64,000 bases of DNA from the human T2T-CHM13v2.0 reference genome, Homo sapiens (GCF_009914755.1 NC_060929.1), one strand, 5' to 3'; positions 13,056 to 27,640 are shown, numbered from the stretch's first letter. Program-made: numbers and translations. The notes: generated by a model from the letters alone, not told the origin.

Positions 13056-14293
13056 ATCATCAAAGTGAACAAGCAACCTACAGACTGGGAAAAAATTTTT
13101 GCAATCTACCCATCTGACAATGATCGAATATCCAGAATTTACAAGGGACTTAAACATGCTTACAAGAAAAAGACAAACAACGCTATCAAAAAGTGGGCAA
13201 AGGATATGAACAGACACGTCTCAAAAAAAGACATTTACGTGGCCAAAAAACATACAAAAGAAGCTCAACATCACTGATCACCAGAGAAATGCAAATCAAA
13301 ACCACAATGAGATGCCATTTCACGCCAATTAGAATGGAGATTATTAAAAAGTCAGGAAACAATAAATACTGGAGAGGATGTGGAGAAATGGGAATGCTCT
13401 TACACTGTTGGTGGGAAAGTGAATTAATTCAACCATTGTGGAAGACAGTATGGGCATTCCTCAAGGATCTAGAACTAGAAATACCTTTTGACCCAGCAAT
13501 CCCATTACTAGGTATATACCCAAAGGAATATAAATCATTCTACTGTAAGGGAACATACGTGTATATATTTATTGCAGCACTATTTACAATAGCAAAGACA
13601 TGGACCCAACCCAAATGCCCATCACTGTTAGACTGGATAAAGAAAATGTGGTACACATACACCATGGAATACTATGCAGCTATAAAAAAGGAATGAGAGC
13701 ATGTCCTTTGCAGAAACATGGATGAAACTGGAAGCCATCATCCTCAGCAAACTAACACAGGAACAGAAAACCAAATACCGCATGTTCTTATTCGTAAGTG
13801 GGATTCGAACATTGAGAACAAATGGACACAGAGAAGGAAACAACACACGCTGGGGCCTGTTGGAGGTTGGGGGGTGAGGGGAGGGAACTTAGATGATAGG
13901 TTGAAAAGTGTAGCAAACCACCATGGCATACGTATACCTATGTAACAAACCTGCACGTTCTGCACATATATCACTTTTGTTTGTTTTTTGAAGAAGAAGA
14001 AGAAATAAAGAAAAAAAAAGGTGAAGTTCATGTAAATTATTTTAAAATAAACCTCTTTGGCCCCAGAAGCTTATTGCTTGGTATGGACAAATACTCATCG
14101 GTGATACTGGCTATTGCTGGGAAGATGTCTTCATAGAAGCGTCGTATCTAAAATTTTTGTAGTTTTCAGGGAGTCCTTGCAATAGTTCTTTTAGAGACAT
14201 CCATGCATGAAGGGCCTTCTTTTATACTCTCCCAGCTCCATTTTGTTGTGGTTTGACTTCAGTGAGTCAACTTCTTTGCTTGTAACTTTAACA
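12288..14293 (-). mobile_element. 3' LTR of the ERV1 provirus, split by L1PA8
   Basis: Aligns end to end with 24790-25585 (e.g. aaatactcat.g.t.atactggct.ttgctgg.a.gatgtcttcatagaa); its TGT start abuts the PPT. Confidence 0.85.
12444..14015 (+). mobile_element. 5'-truncated L1PA8-like LINE-1
   Basis: ORF2 C-terminal remnants ([34 protein letters not shown]), gggaacttag..gatagg 3'UTR and ttttt-gaagaa ending; 14-bp TSD AAAAGGTGAAGTTC at 12430-12443 and 14016-14029. Confidence 0.92.
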
Positions 14294-14599
14294 TTTCCCC
14301 CCTTTGACCAAGAATTTTTTCTGAAAGCATTGCTGATTAATCAGCCTATAGTTAGGTTTTGATTGTTTCTTGGTGCTGGAGTGGACCTTTCCTAGTTAGT
14401 CTGATCCTGCATCAGAGGTGAATGGCCAGCAACTAAGAGCAGATGTCAAAACCCTTTTAGTCACATTTAAGAAACAAAGAGGTTCAGAAGGAGTGGCTCT
14501 CAGGATAAATCTGCCTGGAGTTCATTGCTAAGTTCAATTTTGTCAGTTCCATAGGCATTGACTACCATTTGGAAGTTCTGGACCAGTGTTATTCTGTTA

Positions 14600-14995
14600 G
14601 ATGCATCATTTCTGCAGAGGTTGGACAGGAAACAGATAAAAAGTTTAAAAAGAATGATGCGGTACAAAATTAATAGTAACATGAAATATTGTCTATGAAC
14701 ATGGACCCAAAGGCAGCCAACTAATGAATCAAAAGTCTATGTGAGACTGAGTGAGATCTGTTGTAGCCATAAAGCCTGTCTTGCTATTTTATGCAATTAG
14801 GTCTTGACTTCCCCAGAGAAATATATTCAGGTACAGCATGTAGTTATTAGCAATGGCACAGACATTCTTGTTCAACCAGTAGATAATTGAGAGTTATCTC
14901 ATCCTGTCCTGTTGTGTTATCTACGGCTACTCAGCAAGATACTTTAATGAGCACTGCTGGGCGGCAATAGCCTTTGCAGTGAAGCCTGCAACGAA
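14600..14995 (-). pseudogene. Decayed retroviral env transmembrane (TM) subunit remnant
   Basis: Minus-strand translation with frameshifts gives TAKAIAAQQCSLKYLAE..VDN..ITLNYLLVEQ..VCAIANTTCCT: immunosuppressive domain plus CX6CC (needs a 1-bp frameshift), then a hydrophobic stretch, just upstream of the PPT. Confidence 0.8.
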
Positions 14996-17010
14996 ACCCA
15001 AGGTGGCAAATAAATTAGGGATGTTGCCATAGTTACCCACTGGGTGGACTAAAGGATCCCTTAGGTCATGTAAAGATGTGGGTTTGACACGACAGATCCA
15101 AAACTTCATTCAGTTACGGAAGCTACTGAATGTGAAATTCTAACCACAGCGTTATTCTGCCAAGTGAAAAATGTAGGCATAAGCAAGAAAAAAAAAAAAT
15201 AAGAAGGATAAGAGTCCAGTTTTGTTACAATGTCTTGGGAAAAGCTTTCCACACTGTGATGTCATCAACTTCTTACTCTGGTTTGTAGTTTGAATGTTCC
15301 TGGGTATAGCATGGGGCATTTTAGTCAATTCTCTTTGTAGCCCACACAATAGCCATGAGATTTCTCTCTTGAAATTTACATGGAGTTTTCTGGCTCCAAC
15401 TTATAGGACTTTAGGAACAAGGCAGTTTATGTTCTTAGTTGGAGAATCGTAGCCAGACGTTGGAGGAAATTAGAATAATTAAGTGCCCTGTCTAATTTAG
15501 AGATAGATGACAAAAACTTGAAAACAACAAAGAAAACTACAATCTACTAACAGGTGTACTGCAGTTTTTCTTCAGAAACATAATTTTTCTCTGTACAATC
15601 ATCCCTATTTCTACTAAAGATAATCAGAGTAAGACTAATTTGTCTGCTGAATAAGTTTAGTCTCATTAAACTTGGCATGATTATTGACAACAGTATAGCA
15701 AGAAAAGGGATGAAACATGGGCTGTTTTTAAGTTTATTTTGACGGAACTTTTGATAAGAAATCTCAGATTAGACTTTTAAAAGCCTTTCAAGGGTCAGAA
15801 GTCAAAGGAGGGCGAACATCAGACTTTGGCTGCAGTATCTAAAAATCTGCATGAATTTCTCTCTTCTTGAGGTCTCCAATATATCTGGAGGTTCCTGGCC
15901 TGTCAAGAGGTAAAAATGTTTATTCACTCACTGTGAGCTTGGGAATCCTTGAAGCTAGGCATCCTGTGCATAGTCTCAAATATCACATTCAAGTCAAACC
16001 ATTTATAATATAACCAATGTTTGTAATTCTATCCTGTTACAAAGAGAATAGATTTTTATTGAATTAATGCAAATAACTATGTTGCCATAAAATAAAAATA
16101 TCAATAAGAGCTCTCTGAAGACTGCAGCCGCAGGTAGGAAGAAAAAATAAATATTTCCATTTTTATTTATAAAAGTATACTTTACCAAATTGCTGTATGC
16201 TATAGATAGCTTTTTAAAAGTTTTCTCAAATCTGGAAAACAAAAAATTTAAAAAAAACAGCAAAATGTTAAACAAAAAGTCACTCGAAAATATTGCCATC
16301 AGTTTGTTTAGTCCCATTCATTAAACTTATTCTACTTGATCTGGGTTAGATGTTTTAAGAAGCCATCGTTTCTTCATTAGAGTCCTGGAAATTCTTTCCC
16401 AGTCCAGTGGTATAATCTTAAACTCATAAGAAATCTAAATTCCAGCATACTTGTTAGAGTCCTTTTCATGAACCTCCTTGAAGAGGAAGTATTTTTCTTT
16501 ATTCATTTTAATTTATTCTCTACAATACTTCATTAGGGAGTTCAATGATTTGCACTCAGAAGTTAAATAGCCAAGAGGCAAGCAAGTATAATAAACTTCA
16601 GAATTGGACTGAGGTTGTTGCACTGAAGGCCATGTAGTCTTTTGCTTCAGGGAAATAACAACAAAAATAACCAAAATGAACACATAGCTCCCTAGGCTTC
16701 TGAATCTCAATAGAGAATAACATCAACATTTAATGAAATTGTAGATATTAACACATCATGGGAAAAAAGATACTGTGCAAAATATTATAATTAACACTTG
16801 GCACTTCTTATGTCTAGATTTTTATTATAAACAATAAAATATATGTAATATCTTAACTACAGACCTTTCATGTTGAAAGGGCATCTAACATAACTTGTTT
16901 TAACATTATGAAGGGAAAAAGTTTAGAAATTTCAAAGTGGAAACAATCCAACACTAACAAACTATAGTGATCAAAAGTATTAACTTTTAAAGAAAAACAA
17001 GGACAATTCA

Positions 17011-17193
17011 TAAAAGTAGAACTACCATTTGATCCAGCAATCTTACTGGTTATCTACCCAGAGGAAAAGAAGTCATTACACAAAAAAGATACTTGCACAT
17101 GCACGTTTATAACAGCACAATTAGCAATTGCAAAAATGTGGAACCAGCCTAAATGCCCGTGAATCAATGAGTGAATAAACTGTGGTATATATT

Positions 17194-17240
<47 letters not shown>

Positions 17241-17666
17241 ATATGTATATATATATGCATATGTATATATATATATATATGCATAAATACATATATGTGA
17301 TGGAATACTACTCAGCCATAAAAAGGAATGAATTAATGGCATTCATAATAACCTGGATGGGATTGGAGACTATTATTCTAAGTGAAGTATCTCAGGAATG
17401 GAAAACCAAACATTGCATGTTCTCACTCTTAAGTGGGAGCTAAGCTATGAAGATGCAAAGGCATAAGAATGATACAGTGGACTTTGGGGACTCAAGGGAA
17501 AGAGTGGGAAAGGCATGAGGGGTAAAAGACTACAAATTGAGTTCAGTGTATACTGCTCGGGTGATGTGTGCACCAAAATCTCACAAATCACCACTAAAGA
17601 ACTTACTCATGTAACCAAATACCTCATGTTCTCCAAAAACCTATGGAAATAAAAAATTTAAAAAAT
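17011..17666 (+). mobile_element. L1PB1 3' end, with (TG)n(TA)n microsatellite at ~17195-17300
   Basis: ctcaggaatggaaaaccaaa, gagctaagctatgaagatgcaaaggcataagaatgatac, caccaaaatctcacaaatcaccactaaagaactt, aacctatggaaataaaaa. Confidence 0.9.
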
Positions 17667-17795
17667 TACAGAAAGGGAATGTATTATGAGACAAGCCACG
17701 TTTATAGACCAAAGCATGCTCATAGCTAGGGATGAAACAAACCACAAACCAAGCCAGCAAAGTTGGGTTGATTCCTTGAAAAGAATGGTTACCTA

Positions 17796-18161
<366 letters not shown>

Positions 18162-21025
18162 TTACCTCCCCAGGCAAAGCTGCCACACAGATGATCCAGG
18201 CTTGGTGTTTTTCCTGAGAGCCACCTGCCACACATTTTCATAAGGTGACCATGACTATGCACATCCAGGCTACTTCCTGACTAGGCCCTGTTCAGGAAGC
18301 ATCCTGAGGTGTCCATTCCTCGTGGAGCCAAATAGTTCCCTTGGTTGACTCCTGAGTCCCCTTGGCAAGCCAAGCAGAATTCAAGCATTTCTACTGCTAG
18401 CCTTGTGTGGGAGCATGAGCGAATGTAAAGGGAGCAAGGCTCTTCACTCCATAAACCACAGCCTACTTCGGGGTGGTGCTGGACCAGCCCTATTCTTGGG
18501 TACTGAATTTCTTTTTCTCATTTGTTGGGATTTTAAATTTTCTATTTATTTTCTTAAATGGCAGGTATCCTACTGCATCTTCAATAAAATAAAATATATA
18601 CATATATATGTTGTACACTGGAGAAAACAAATAGGGGAACAGTTTGATAGTTTAGCCCCATTTTTTGCTTTTATTTAACCTTTAGAAGTAAAACACAATT
18701 ATTAAAACAGAATGCTTGAGCAGTAATAAGCGTAGCCCTATGTATCAATATTATTGTACAAATTGGATGTGGGTGCTTAACCCAGAGCTGACCACCCTGA
18801 TAATAATCCAGAAAAAAACCATTGTTACATCTGTTTGTAACAAGACATTTATTATTCTCAGCACCAGGACATCATAAAATGACTCCTTGATCTTCATTTA
18901 CTTCACCAAGGGAAACGTGGCAGGCTACAGAAACTCAGCACAGCAGTTAGTGGGGCTGTGCCCTGGGTGCCCTGATGTCACCCACATTTCCCTTGCACGT
19001 CTCAGGTCCTAATAAGCAGTGCAGGACAATGTTGAGCCAACCTACTCACCCGTGCCCATTCCTTCCCAGAAACTTAAAGGTGATCCCTATAATAGCACAT
19101 ATGTCCTTTCCCAAATTGTGTCTTTGCTCCCCTAACCCCATTCTTGGCAGAAGAAAAAACAAAACATCTCTTGACTTGAATATTTGCTTATTTTAGAAAC
19201 CGACACAATCACCATAAACTTAAAAAAAAAAATAAATCAAAATGTTGTTTTCACTGGGTTGACACCTATCTGCTTCAAGAATTCTCTAAGCATGTTGTTG
19301 AAAACCAGTGTAACATCTTTAGGATCTTTCTCCCAACTGACCAGTCTTCCTGTGAATCATTTCAGCAGTTCCTTTGTGGCAATGTTTACAAAGCATCTTC
19401 TAAGTCCTCTAATTCTATGAGCTTTGCTATCAAAATAGTGAAGAATAGGAAAGGGGGAGGAAAAAACTAGCTGACAGCTGTTTGGAAATCAGCAACAATG
19501 TGAAAGAGAAATGTATCTCATGAAAGTTTGAAAGACATGGAATAAATGAGCTCCTTGGAAATTTGCCCTGGCGGAGTGAAGATTCCCACTTTATCTTCTT
19601 AGGCAAGATAAAGATCCACCTTATGTAATTACACAGCTTTGTTTAAGCATCCTGTAAAAGACTGAAAAATCAACTGTCTTCCTAACTCTACAGGCAAACT
19701 AGAAAAAGGATCTCCCTGCTTACTGGTCCCTCAGGATGTTTTCCTGAAAAGAAAACCAGCTTAGAGATACTGGATTTTCTTCTATGACAAAGTGTCCTCT
19801 TAAAGTCCAACCGAAACTTGTTTGCACACTTACACTTCTGAAAGCCTAGGTCCGACTATAGGGCTGATACCGGGAGAGAAGTGAAGTAGCTGGGTGGTGA
19901 GGAAGTGGTCTCTCCTTTCACATCTCTGTGCAGTCATGATATCAAGACCCCTTGTGGACATCTCTATTCCATTCCTCAGTCAGTGACACCACAGAGCTCT
20001 GTTTGATACCGGGAGACTTAATGCAGTAAAAGTGACAGAAAGTGCAACTGATAGTAGGATGAAAATTATAATCTTCAAGGATTAGTGAGCCATGAGATCT
20101 GCAATGCTATCGTAGGGTTTCTGATCCTGATGTGGGTCTCTGTCCAGGATCCTTGAAGAAATTATGGCACCCACATCCAACCCTAACATAGCTTCCACTT
20201 ATGAAACAAGGAGGTTGTAATCAACTCTTGGTATGTAATAAACTGGAAGTTCAAAAATGTAATTTAAAACAATCTAAAAGAATGTAGTGTTGGTCTCCAT
20301 TGCACAGACTGCTAGGGGAATATATCAACTTGATTTGGGGAGGCTGTAGAGGTATATAGAGGAGTATATGGGTTAAACCTTAATGGGTCATCAGTTTCAG
20401 AGAAGAAGCAATTTTTTATTGTAGCTGATGGCAAATGCTTTTGGAAAAGAATGAAAGCAGTCGGTCCCTGTGGATGACAGACTTAGAGTGGCCATGGTTA
20501 AAAATCTCATGGAGTTTATTATAATAATAATGTAATTGACAAAGAAATTTGTTTATTTCTGTGGCATACAAAACTTGAAGATAATAACCAAGATTATGAC
20601 CGATAACATATCAGATTTTGAAGAATTCAATATAATTTTGTAACACATATCAATAACATTCTGAAATACAACTTAAAGAAGGTTTAGCACCACTTAGTAT
20701 TTGACAATACTCCCTATATAATTTAATATATCAAGTAAGTCTCATTAGTTTAATATATCTCTTTACAATGTGAGATACACATTCTTTGATCTTTCCAGGG
20801 GTCCAAATGAGAAATATCAAAATTAACTTGAGGGCAAAAAGAGTTAATTTAAAATATTATTTTGGGAAGTTTGTCAAAAACATCAAACAGTTTAAAACAC
20901 TTTATCAGAGTACGATAACAGGTAACCAAAATGAAAATTAAAAGATTTCAAAAAATAAATGTAGAAATTTACATAATTGTCAACAAAAACATAGCTTTTT
21001 AATACTGAGAACATTTACTTTTCTC

Positions 21026-22636
21026 TTTTTTTAACTTTTATTTTAGGTTCAGGGGTACACATGTGGGTTACTTACGCATTTATATGGGTAAATTGTGTGT
21101 CACGGGGTTTGGTGTATAGATTATTTCATAACCCAGATAATAAGCATAGTACCCAGTAGGTAATTTTTAAATTTTCATCCTCCTTCCTCCCTCCACTCTA
21201 AAGTAGGCCCAGTGTCTGTTGTTCCATTTGTGTCCATATGTACTCAATGTTTAGCTCCCCTTATAAGTGAGAACATATGGTATTGGGTTTTCTAGGATAA
21301 TGGCCTCCAGCTCCACTCATGTTGCTGGAAAAGAGATGATCTCATTCTTTTTATGGCTGCATAGTATTCCATGTTGTATATCTACCACATTTCTTCATCC
21401 AGTCTACCACTGATGGGCATTTAGGTTGATTCCATGTCTTTGCTATTGTGAAAAGTGCTGCAATGAACATACACGTGCATGTGTCTTTATGGTAGAATGA
21501 TTTGTATTTCTTTTGGTATATACTCAATAGTAGGATTGATGAGTTGAATGGCACTTCTGCTTTGAGTTCTTTGAGAAATGGCCACACTGCTTTCCACAAT
21601 GGCTGAACTACCTTACATTCCCACCATCACTGTATAATCATTCCCTTTTCTCCACAACCTCACTAGCATCTCTTATTTTTTGAGTTTTTAATAATAGCCA
21701 TTCTCATTGGTGTGAGATGGTATCTCATTGTGGTTTTGATTTGCATTTCTCTAATGATTAGTGATGTTGAGCATTTTGTCATATGCTTTCTGGCCACATG
21801 TATGCCCTCCTTTGAAAGTGTCCGTTCATGTACTTTGTGTACGTTTAAATGGGATTGTTTGTTTTTCACTTGTTGATTTTTTTAAGTTCACCAGATGCAC
21901 TGTGCTGGGGTTCTGTGATAGTCCCTAATTGCTGTGCACCCTCCCAAGCCTGAGAGCAGCAGGAGGGAGGGTTGCGAGACAGCAAAAAGGTGGACTGCCT
22001 CTCTCTTTGGGAGCTGCATGCCGGAGAAGTGTAGAGCTGCTCCCAGCTGGAGAACTCAGGAGGACTAGGGTGGCCTCACTAGCATCCCAGGCTAGTGGGC
22101 CTTATCCTACAAGGTTCAGTGGTGGTGAGGTCTGCAGTCTATCACTGCTCAGCCCCATGGACTTGGCCCCTTTTCTGGGGAGCGTGCAAGAAAACTTGGC
22201 CTTCCCAATTGCTGGAGCTGCAGCCCCTGGTTTTGGGGTACCCAGGGAACAAATGCTACTGGGACTCCACACCTACCTAAGAAGCAGCTCTACCCAGACT
22301 CCACATGGCTCTCTGTTTTGGTCTGGAGACCCCAGCTGGGGTATCTCCTGAGCCCAGGGATTCAAAGGTTCGTGGCAGAAATATGCATCCCACGGGACTC
22401 TCACTCACTCACCATTTTCTTGTAGGGGGATTCCCCTGGGTCTGTGCCACTCCTGGGTGAATGGCTGATCTGTCTCACTCTTCTCCGTGATCCGAAGGTC
22501 ACACTATGTCACTGATGAATCCTTATGTGTCCACCTGGATGTTCCGGTTGAAGAGCTAGTGTCTCACCACTCTTTCTGCTATTTGTGAGAGTGGCACACA
22601 CTAGCTGCTTCTAGTCAACCATCTTGGCCCCACCTC
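21026..22636 (-). mobile_element. L1PA13-16-like LINE-1 with intact 5' and 3' ends and ~5 kb missing internally
   Basis: 3' end at 21026-21890 is fused to 5'UTR at 21891-22636, which begins gaggtggggccaagatgg (YY1 site); TSD atttacttttctc (21013-21025) / actcacttttctc (22637-22649). Confidence 0.85.
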
Positions 22637-24766
22637 ACTCACTTTTCTCAAGTAATCAAAGACCTAGTAAAAGAGAGCATAAAGCATAAGAAATTACCTT
22701 GATAAACAAAAAATCTTGGTTTATTAGGCCAGTTATCTAAAAGGTAGAGAAAACATTTCACTATTTTCTATTAAGAGCAGGTCAATACTCAAAGAAAAGC
22801 TTGTTGTTTCAGCACAGGGGACAAATTTCAAGTTTTCCATTCCTGTACTTTTGATAATAATGCTCAAGTTTTCAGAATATTTATAAATAATTTCCTTTTA
22901 ACTTTAGCCAACTTGGTCACACATAAAATTCTTTTCACAAGATTAATCTTCCACAAACTTTCTATAAATTTGTCATCCAGTTATCTTATTCAGTTTTTGT
23001 CTATATTTTTTCTCTTTTTCTTTTTGGAACAGTAAGACATTCTACTTTTAGACAAAAAATACTCTCTTTTTCCCTTAACAAAAACACAACCTCTTACTTA
23101 TAACTTTCTTTATGTGTTTTCCTTCCCTCGCGTACAGATTTGTTTCCCTTCATTATTTCTAGTTTAAATTACTCTAATATTAATTTTAATTAACTCTTAG
23201 TAACCTTAATTTCTAGTGAAAATTAGTAAGCATTTTGAAGTGCATCATGTTAGTATTTTGCAGATGAACACCATCTCATAAAATAATTTTTATGCCTTTA
23301 ATTAACAGGCCCAAATATGTTTAGCTTTTCCATAACATGTGAAACCAAGATGCCAAATTACGTATATTTTAAACTTCTGTTAAGCAATTGATATTTCAGT
23401 ATTTTCCTTAGAAATGACTCAAATATTAAATCAGTAAAGTGTTACTTAATTTAATATAACATGATTTTAAGATTTCAAGTCACACTAAATTATTTTTGAA
23501 ATTCTGACAACTTTATTATCAACCTTTTGTCAATGTATATTCACCTAATTCACTTGTTCTTAACAATTGTGCTTCAGTTCCTCCTTAAACACAACGATGA
23601 GTGGATTTATAGCTTTAAGACATTCATTATACATCTCAGTAATAGCAAGCTTGTTTCACCAGTAACTTTAGGTTTAAAAACTGTATCTGTACATTGTAAT
23701 TAATGCTGACAATTCTGAAAATATTTGTTTTTATTTTGCCAACAAATTTTAAAACTAGCTTTGTCTGCCAAAGATTATTTCATCACATAAGCCAAAAGGC
23801 AATTGAGTTTCTGTTTTTCTGAGAGAATTCTTAGTTTAAACACTTATGTTTTCTCTGTAAGCCAATTAAGTAGAGCCGTTTATGAATTTTGGTAGAAAAA
23901 ATTGTACATACGCACACACACACACACACACGTAGAAAAATACAGACAGAGGAAGAACTTACAACTTGCATTAAGAATTGTTATTTGCCTGGCTTGCAAG
24001 TAGTTTTACTCCCTCTTTCAGACTATCTGTCTTTTAATGATCTGTTCAATTGGCCCATAAACAAGTGTTAGTTAGGCCACCCAAAATTTGTACTTCCAAA
24101 GAGATGATTTTTAGGTGAAGGAATGTAGAAAATTGAAATCTCAAAGGTACAGAACTTAAACACCACTATTTGTTGAGATGAAAAAAAGCATATATAGGAA
24201 GCCTTCAAAATGAAATGGTCAAGGGTGAGTTTACACAGATAGATAGATTTAGGTCTCTTCCTTTTGCTTTGTGAAAGCATCTAGTGTTTAGGTGTCAGAG
24301 AGGGAGATATCCTTACAAAGCAGAGATTATCATTACAGGTTTACATTTCTTACAAAGAGTTTCAAAATAAACAGGTAAATGCCAAAAACATATATTTTGG
24401 AGACGGATTAATTCACTAGTTGGTCTATTCAACTTAACTTGTTTCCTAATGAGATTAAATTCATGCACAAATAACCAAACCAAAAATTAAACCAAAAGAA
24501 TACTCACCAGAAAGGATGTCCTTTACAAGAGCAGATCCCCCAAAATGTAAGAGTTCACTGAAAAGGTGGGAGCTCAAACCAAGAGAGGACTTATCTCGCA
24601 GCATAAAGACAACTTGTACAAGTGAAGATCACAATAGGCTCAGGTGAGTATCATACACAATTTCAAGTATCGCCAGATACTTGAAAGCCTTCCAAAGGCT
24701 TTCTTTGTTACTGTTTGGATAACAGTGCTGTAACTGTAAGTAACAAAGAAGGCTTGGAGCCTTTGC

Positions 24767-24784
24767 ATCTTGCTTCTGACATTA
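24767..24784 (-). promoter_or_regulatory. Degenerate tRNA-Leu primer-binding site
   Basis: taatgtcagaagcaagat versus TGGTGTCAGAAGTGGGAT (13/18), 5 nt downstream of the LTR end TGACA. Confidence 0.65.
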
Positions 24785-24789
24785 GATTA

Positions 24790-25585
24790 TGTCAACTTAA
24801 ACAACAGAGATACTGACTCTCTAAAATAAAGAGTGGAGTGTATTCAGGAAATAGCAGTAAATTGCAATTTGAAATACACATGCTATGGTGGACCTTAGGC
24901 ACCAAAGAAGCTGAGGGACTGTATTAGTTTGTTCTAGCACAAAGAACTACCTGAGACTTGGTAATTTATGAAGAAAAGAGGTTTAATTGACTCATGATTT
25001 CATAGGCTGTACAGGAAACATGATTGGAGGAGGCCTCAGGAAACTTACAATGATGGCAGAAGGCAAAAAGGAAGGAGGCACGTCTTACATGGCCGAAGCA
25101 GGGGGAAGAGGGCAAAGGGGAAATACCACACACTTTTCAACAAGCAGGTCTCATGAGAACTCACTATCACAAGAACAGCAAGGAGGAAATCCACCCCCAT
25201 GATCCAATCGCCTCTCACCAAGCCCCTCCTCCAACATTGGGGATTACAATTCGACATGAGATTTGGGTGGGGACACAAATCTAAACCATATCAGGAAGGC
25301 AAAAATCTTAAAAGAGAAATTTTATGTAAGTTTTGTAATAAACCTCATGGGCCAGAGAAGCTTGTTACAAGAGCTGGCAAATACTCATTGATAATATTGG
25401 CTGTTGCTGGAGAGATGTCTTCATAGAATTATCATATCTAACATTTTCGTGGTTTTTGAGAGAACCATTGCAGCAGTTCTTATTATAGACATATGTACAT
25501 GAAGGCCCCTCTTTCATGGCCTCCCAGCTTCATTTTTTTATGGTTTGATGTAAGTGACTCCATTTTGGTGCTCACAACTTCCACA
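24790..25585 (-). mobile_element. 5' LTR of the ERV1 provirus, split by MSTA
   Basis: TGTGGAAGTTG..caaaatggagtcactta start and ..TTGACA end; homologous to 12288-14293. Confidence 0.85.
24920..25293 (-). mobile_element. MSTA MaLR LTR
   Basis: tgtattag...gaggcctcaggaaacttacaat...ctccaacattggggattacaatt...aaccatatca. Confidence 0.9.
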
Positions 25586-25645
25586 TTTCTCCCTTTTGGT
25601 TGAAATATTTTTCTGAAAGCATTTCACACTTAAAAGATATAGATT

Positions 25646-25960
<315 letters not shown>

Positions 25961-27262
25961 TGAACTAATTGTAAAAACCAACCATAGTTCTCAGTAATGA
26001 TAGTTTCATTTCCGTCAGCTATTAGTAGAGTTAATTAACTCCTATCAACCTCACATTTTCCATTTAAAAAATACAGGAGAAAAAGTTTGATGTGGGTTTA
26101 ATGAGAAAACTTATATAAAATAGATCTAACTACTATATTTATCACAAAACAGATGCACAAACTATGTTTTTTTCCTCTCACTTGTTCTTATTTTATATAT
26201 CATTTTAATTGAGGAAATCATTGAGCATAATGTAACAAATATTTTCATAAGTTATTATAAAGAGGGTTTGAAGGACTTGTTAGAAAGTGTCTGGCAGTGG
26301 AAAAAACATCTGAATAGAAAAAGAAAATAGCATGTGAATGCTGAAATAGCGTATTAAATAGCTGCAACTCTAATATAATTTACATTTGGATTTTAGTGTA
26401 GACAGAATACTTAAATTTATTTCTGCAGTCTTTTCAGTTGTTAAACATTTTATTGAACTCTTCATGTGCCTTTCAGATGTATTGTGCTTCAAGTGTGCTT
26501 GTACCAGCTTTTTCTGTTTAGAAATGCTTGAGTGTCTCCATTGTCAAAACGATCAGAAGGCAGTAATTGTATTTCCAATGTGAGGACAAACAATACTAGA
26601 TATCCTGCGATCCTACATTGTAAAAAATATTCCCATCAAATGCCCCAATGGATAGCCACGTAAGTGATCATCTGTAATTATTTAGTCAAGAAATGAATAT
26701 TTTACATGTAAATACTTTGAATGGCTTAATACAAACTAAATTTTTCAGAATGCAACCACTACGGAAATTGAAGAGAAAAAGTCTTTTTATTGTAGAAACT
26801 TCCCAGAGTCTTTCAATATTTACAAAAATTATGTTGCCAATGGCAATACCTTAGTTATTTGAATCACCAGTAGAACACACTATAAAAACATGCATTGTCA
26901 CATCTGTACCCTGTCACATCCAGGATAACGATAATATTGAGATATATAACTATTTAGCCCTTATTTTAAAACATCAGGTAACAAGCATCAATCAATTTCT
27001 ATCAAATGTTTCAACTTGGGTATTACAGCATAAGCAGAAATATACTGTTACCAATATCCCAGCCAATTTCTTTTCCTAATGAAACAATAAAACTGAGAAT
27101 ATAGAGACCATTTAGTAAAGCTGATATATATATATGTTTGCATATGTGTGTGTGTGTGTGTGTGTGTGTATATACATATAAATGTAATTAATACAGTAGA
27201 TGAGGTCAAAGAAGCAAGTGATACACAACTTTTAATTTGGATGGGATGTCCTTGAAGATTCC

Positions 27263-27640
27263 TGTATTAGTCCTTTCTCACATTCCTATATGAAAATACC
27301 TGAGACTGAGTAATTTATAAAAGAAAGAGGTTTAATTGACTCACAGTTCCCTATGACTGGGGAGGCCTCAGGAAACTTACAATCGTAGTGGAAGGTGAAA
27401 GGGAGGCAGGCACTTTCTTCACAAAATGGCAGGAAAAAGAAGGATGGGAGGAGGAACTTGCCGAACAGTTGTAAAACCATTAGATCTCGAGAGAACTCAC
27501 TCACTGTCATGAGAACAGCTTGGGAGAAACCACCTCCATGATTCAATTACCTCCACCTGGTCTCTCCCTTGACATGTGGGGATTATGGGGTTTACAATTC
27601 ACCATGAGATTTTGAGTGGGGACACAGCCAAACCATATCA
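27263..27640 (-). mobile_element. THE1D-like MaLR LTR
   Basis: tgtattagtcc...cccttgacatgtggggattatgggg...gggacacagccaaaccatatca; TSD attcc/actcc. Confidence 0.9.

Noticed and set aside
21929-22351. 140-aa GC-rich ORF
   Set aside because: It lies antisense within the L1 5'UTR, has a non-ATG start and no recognisable domain.
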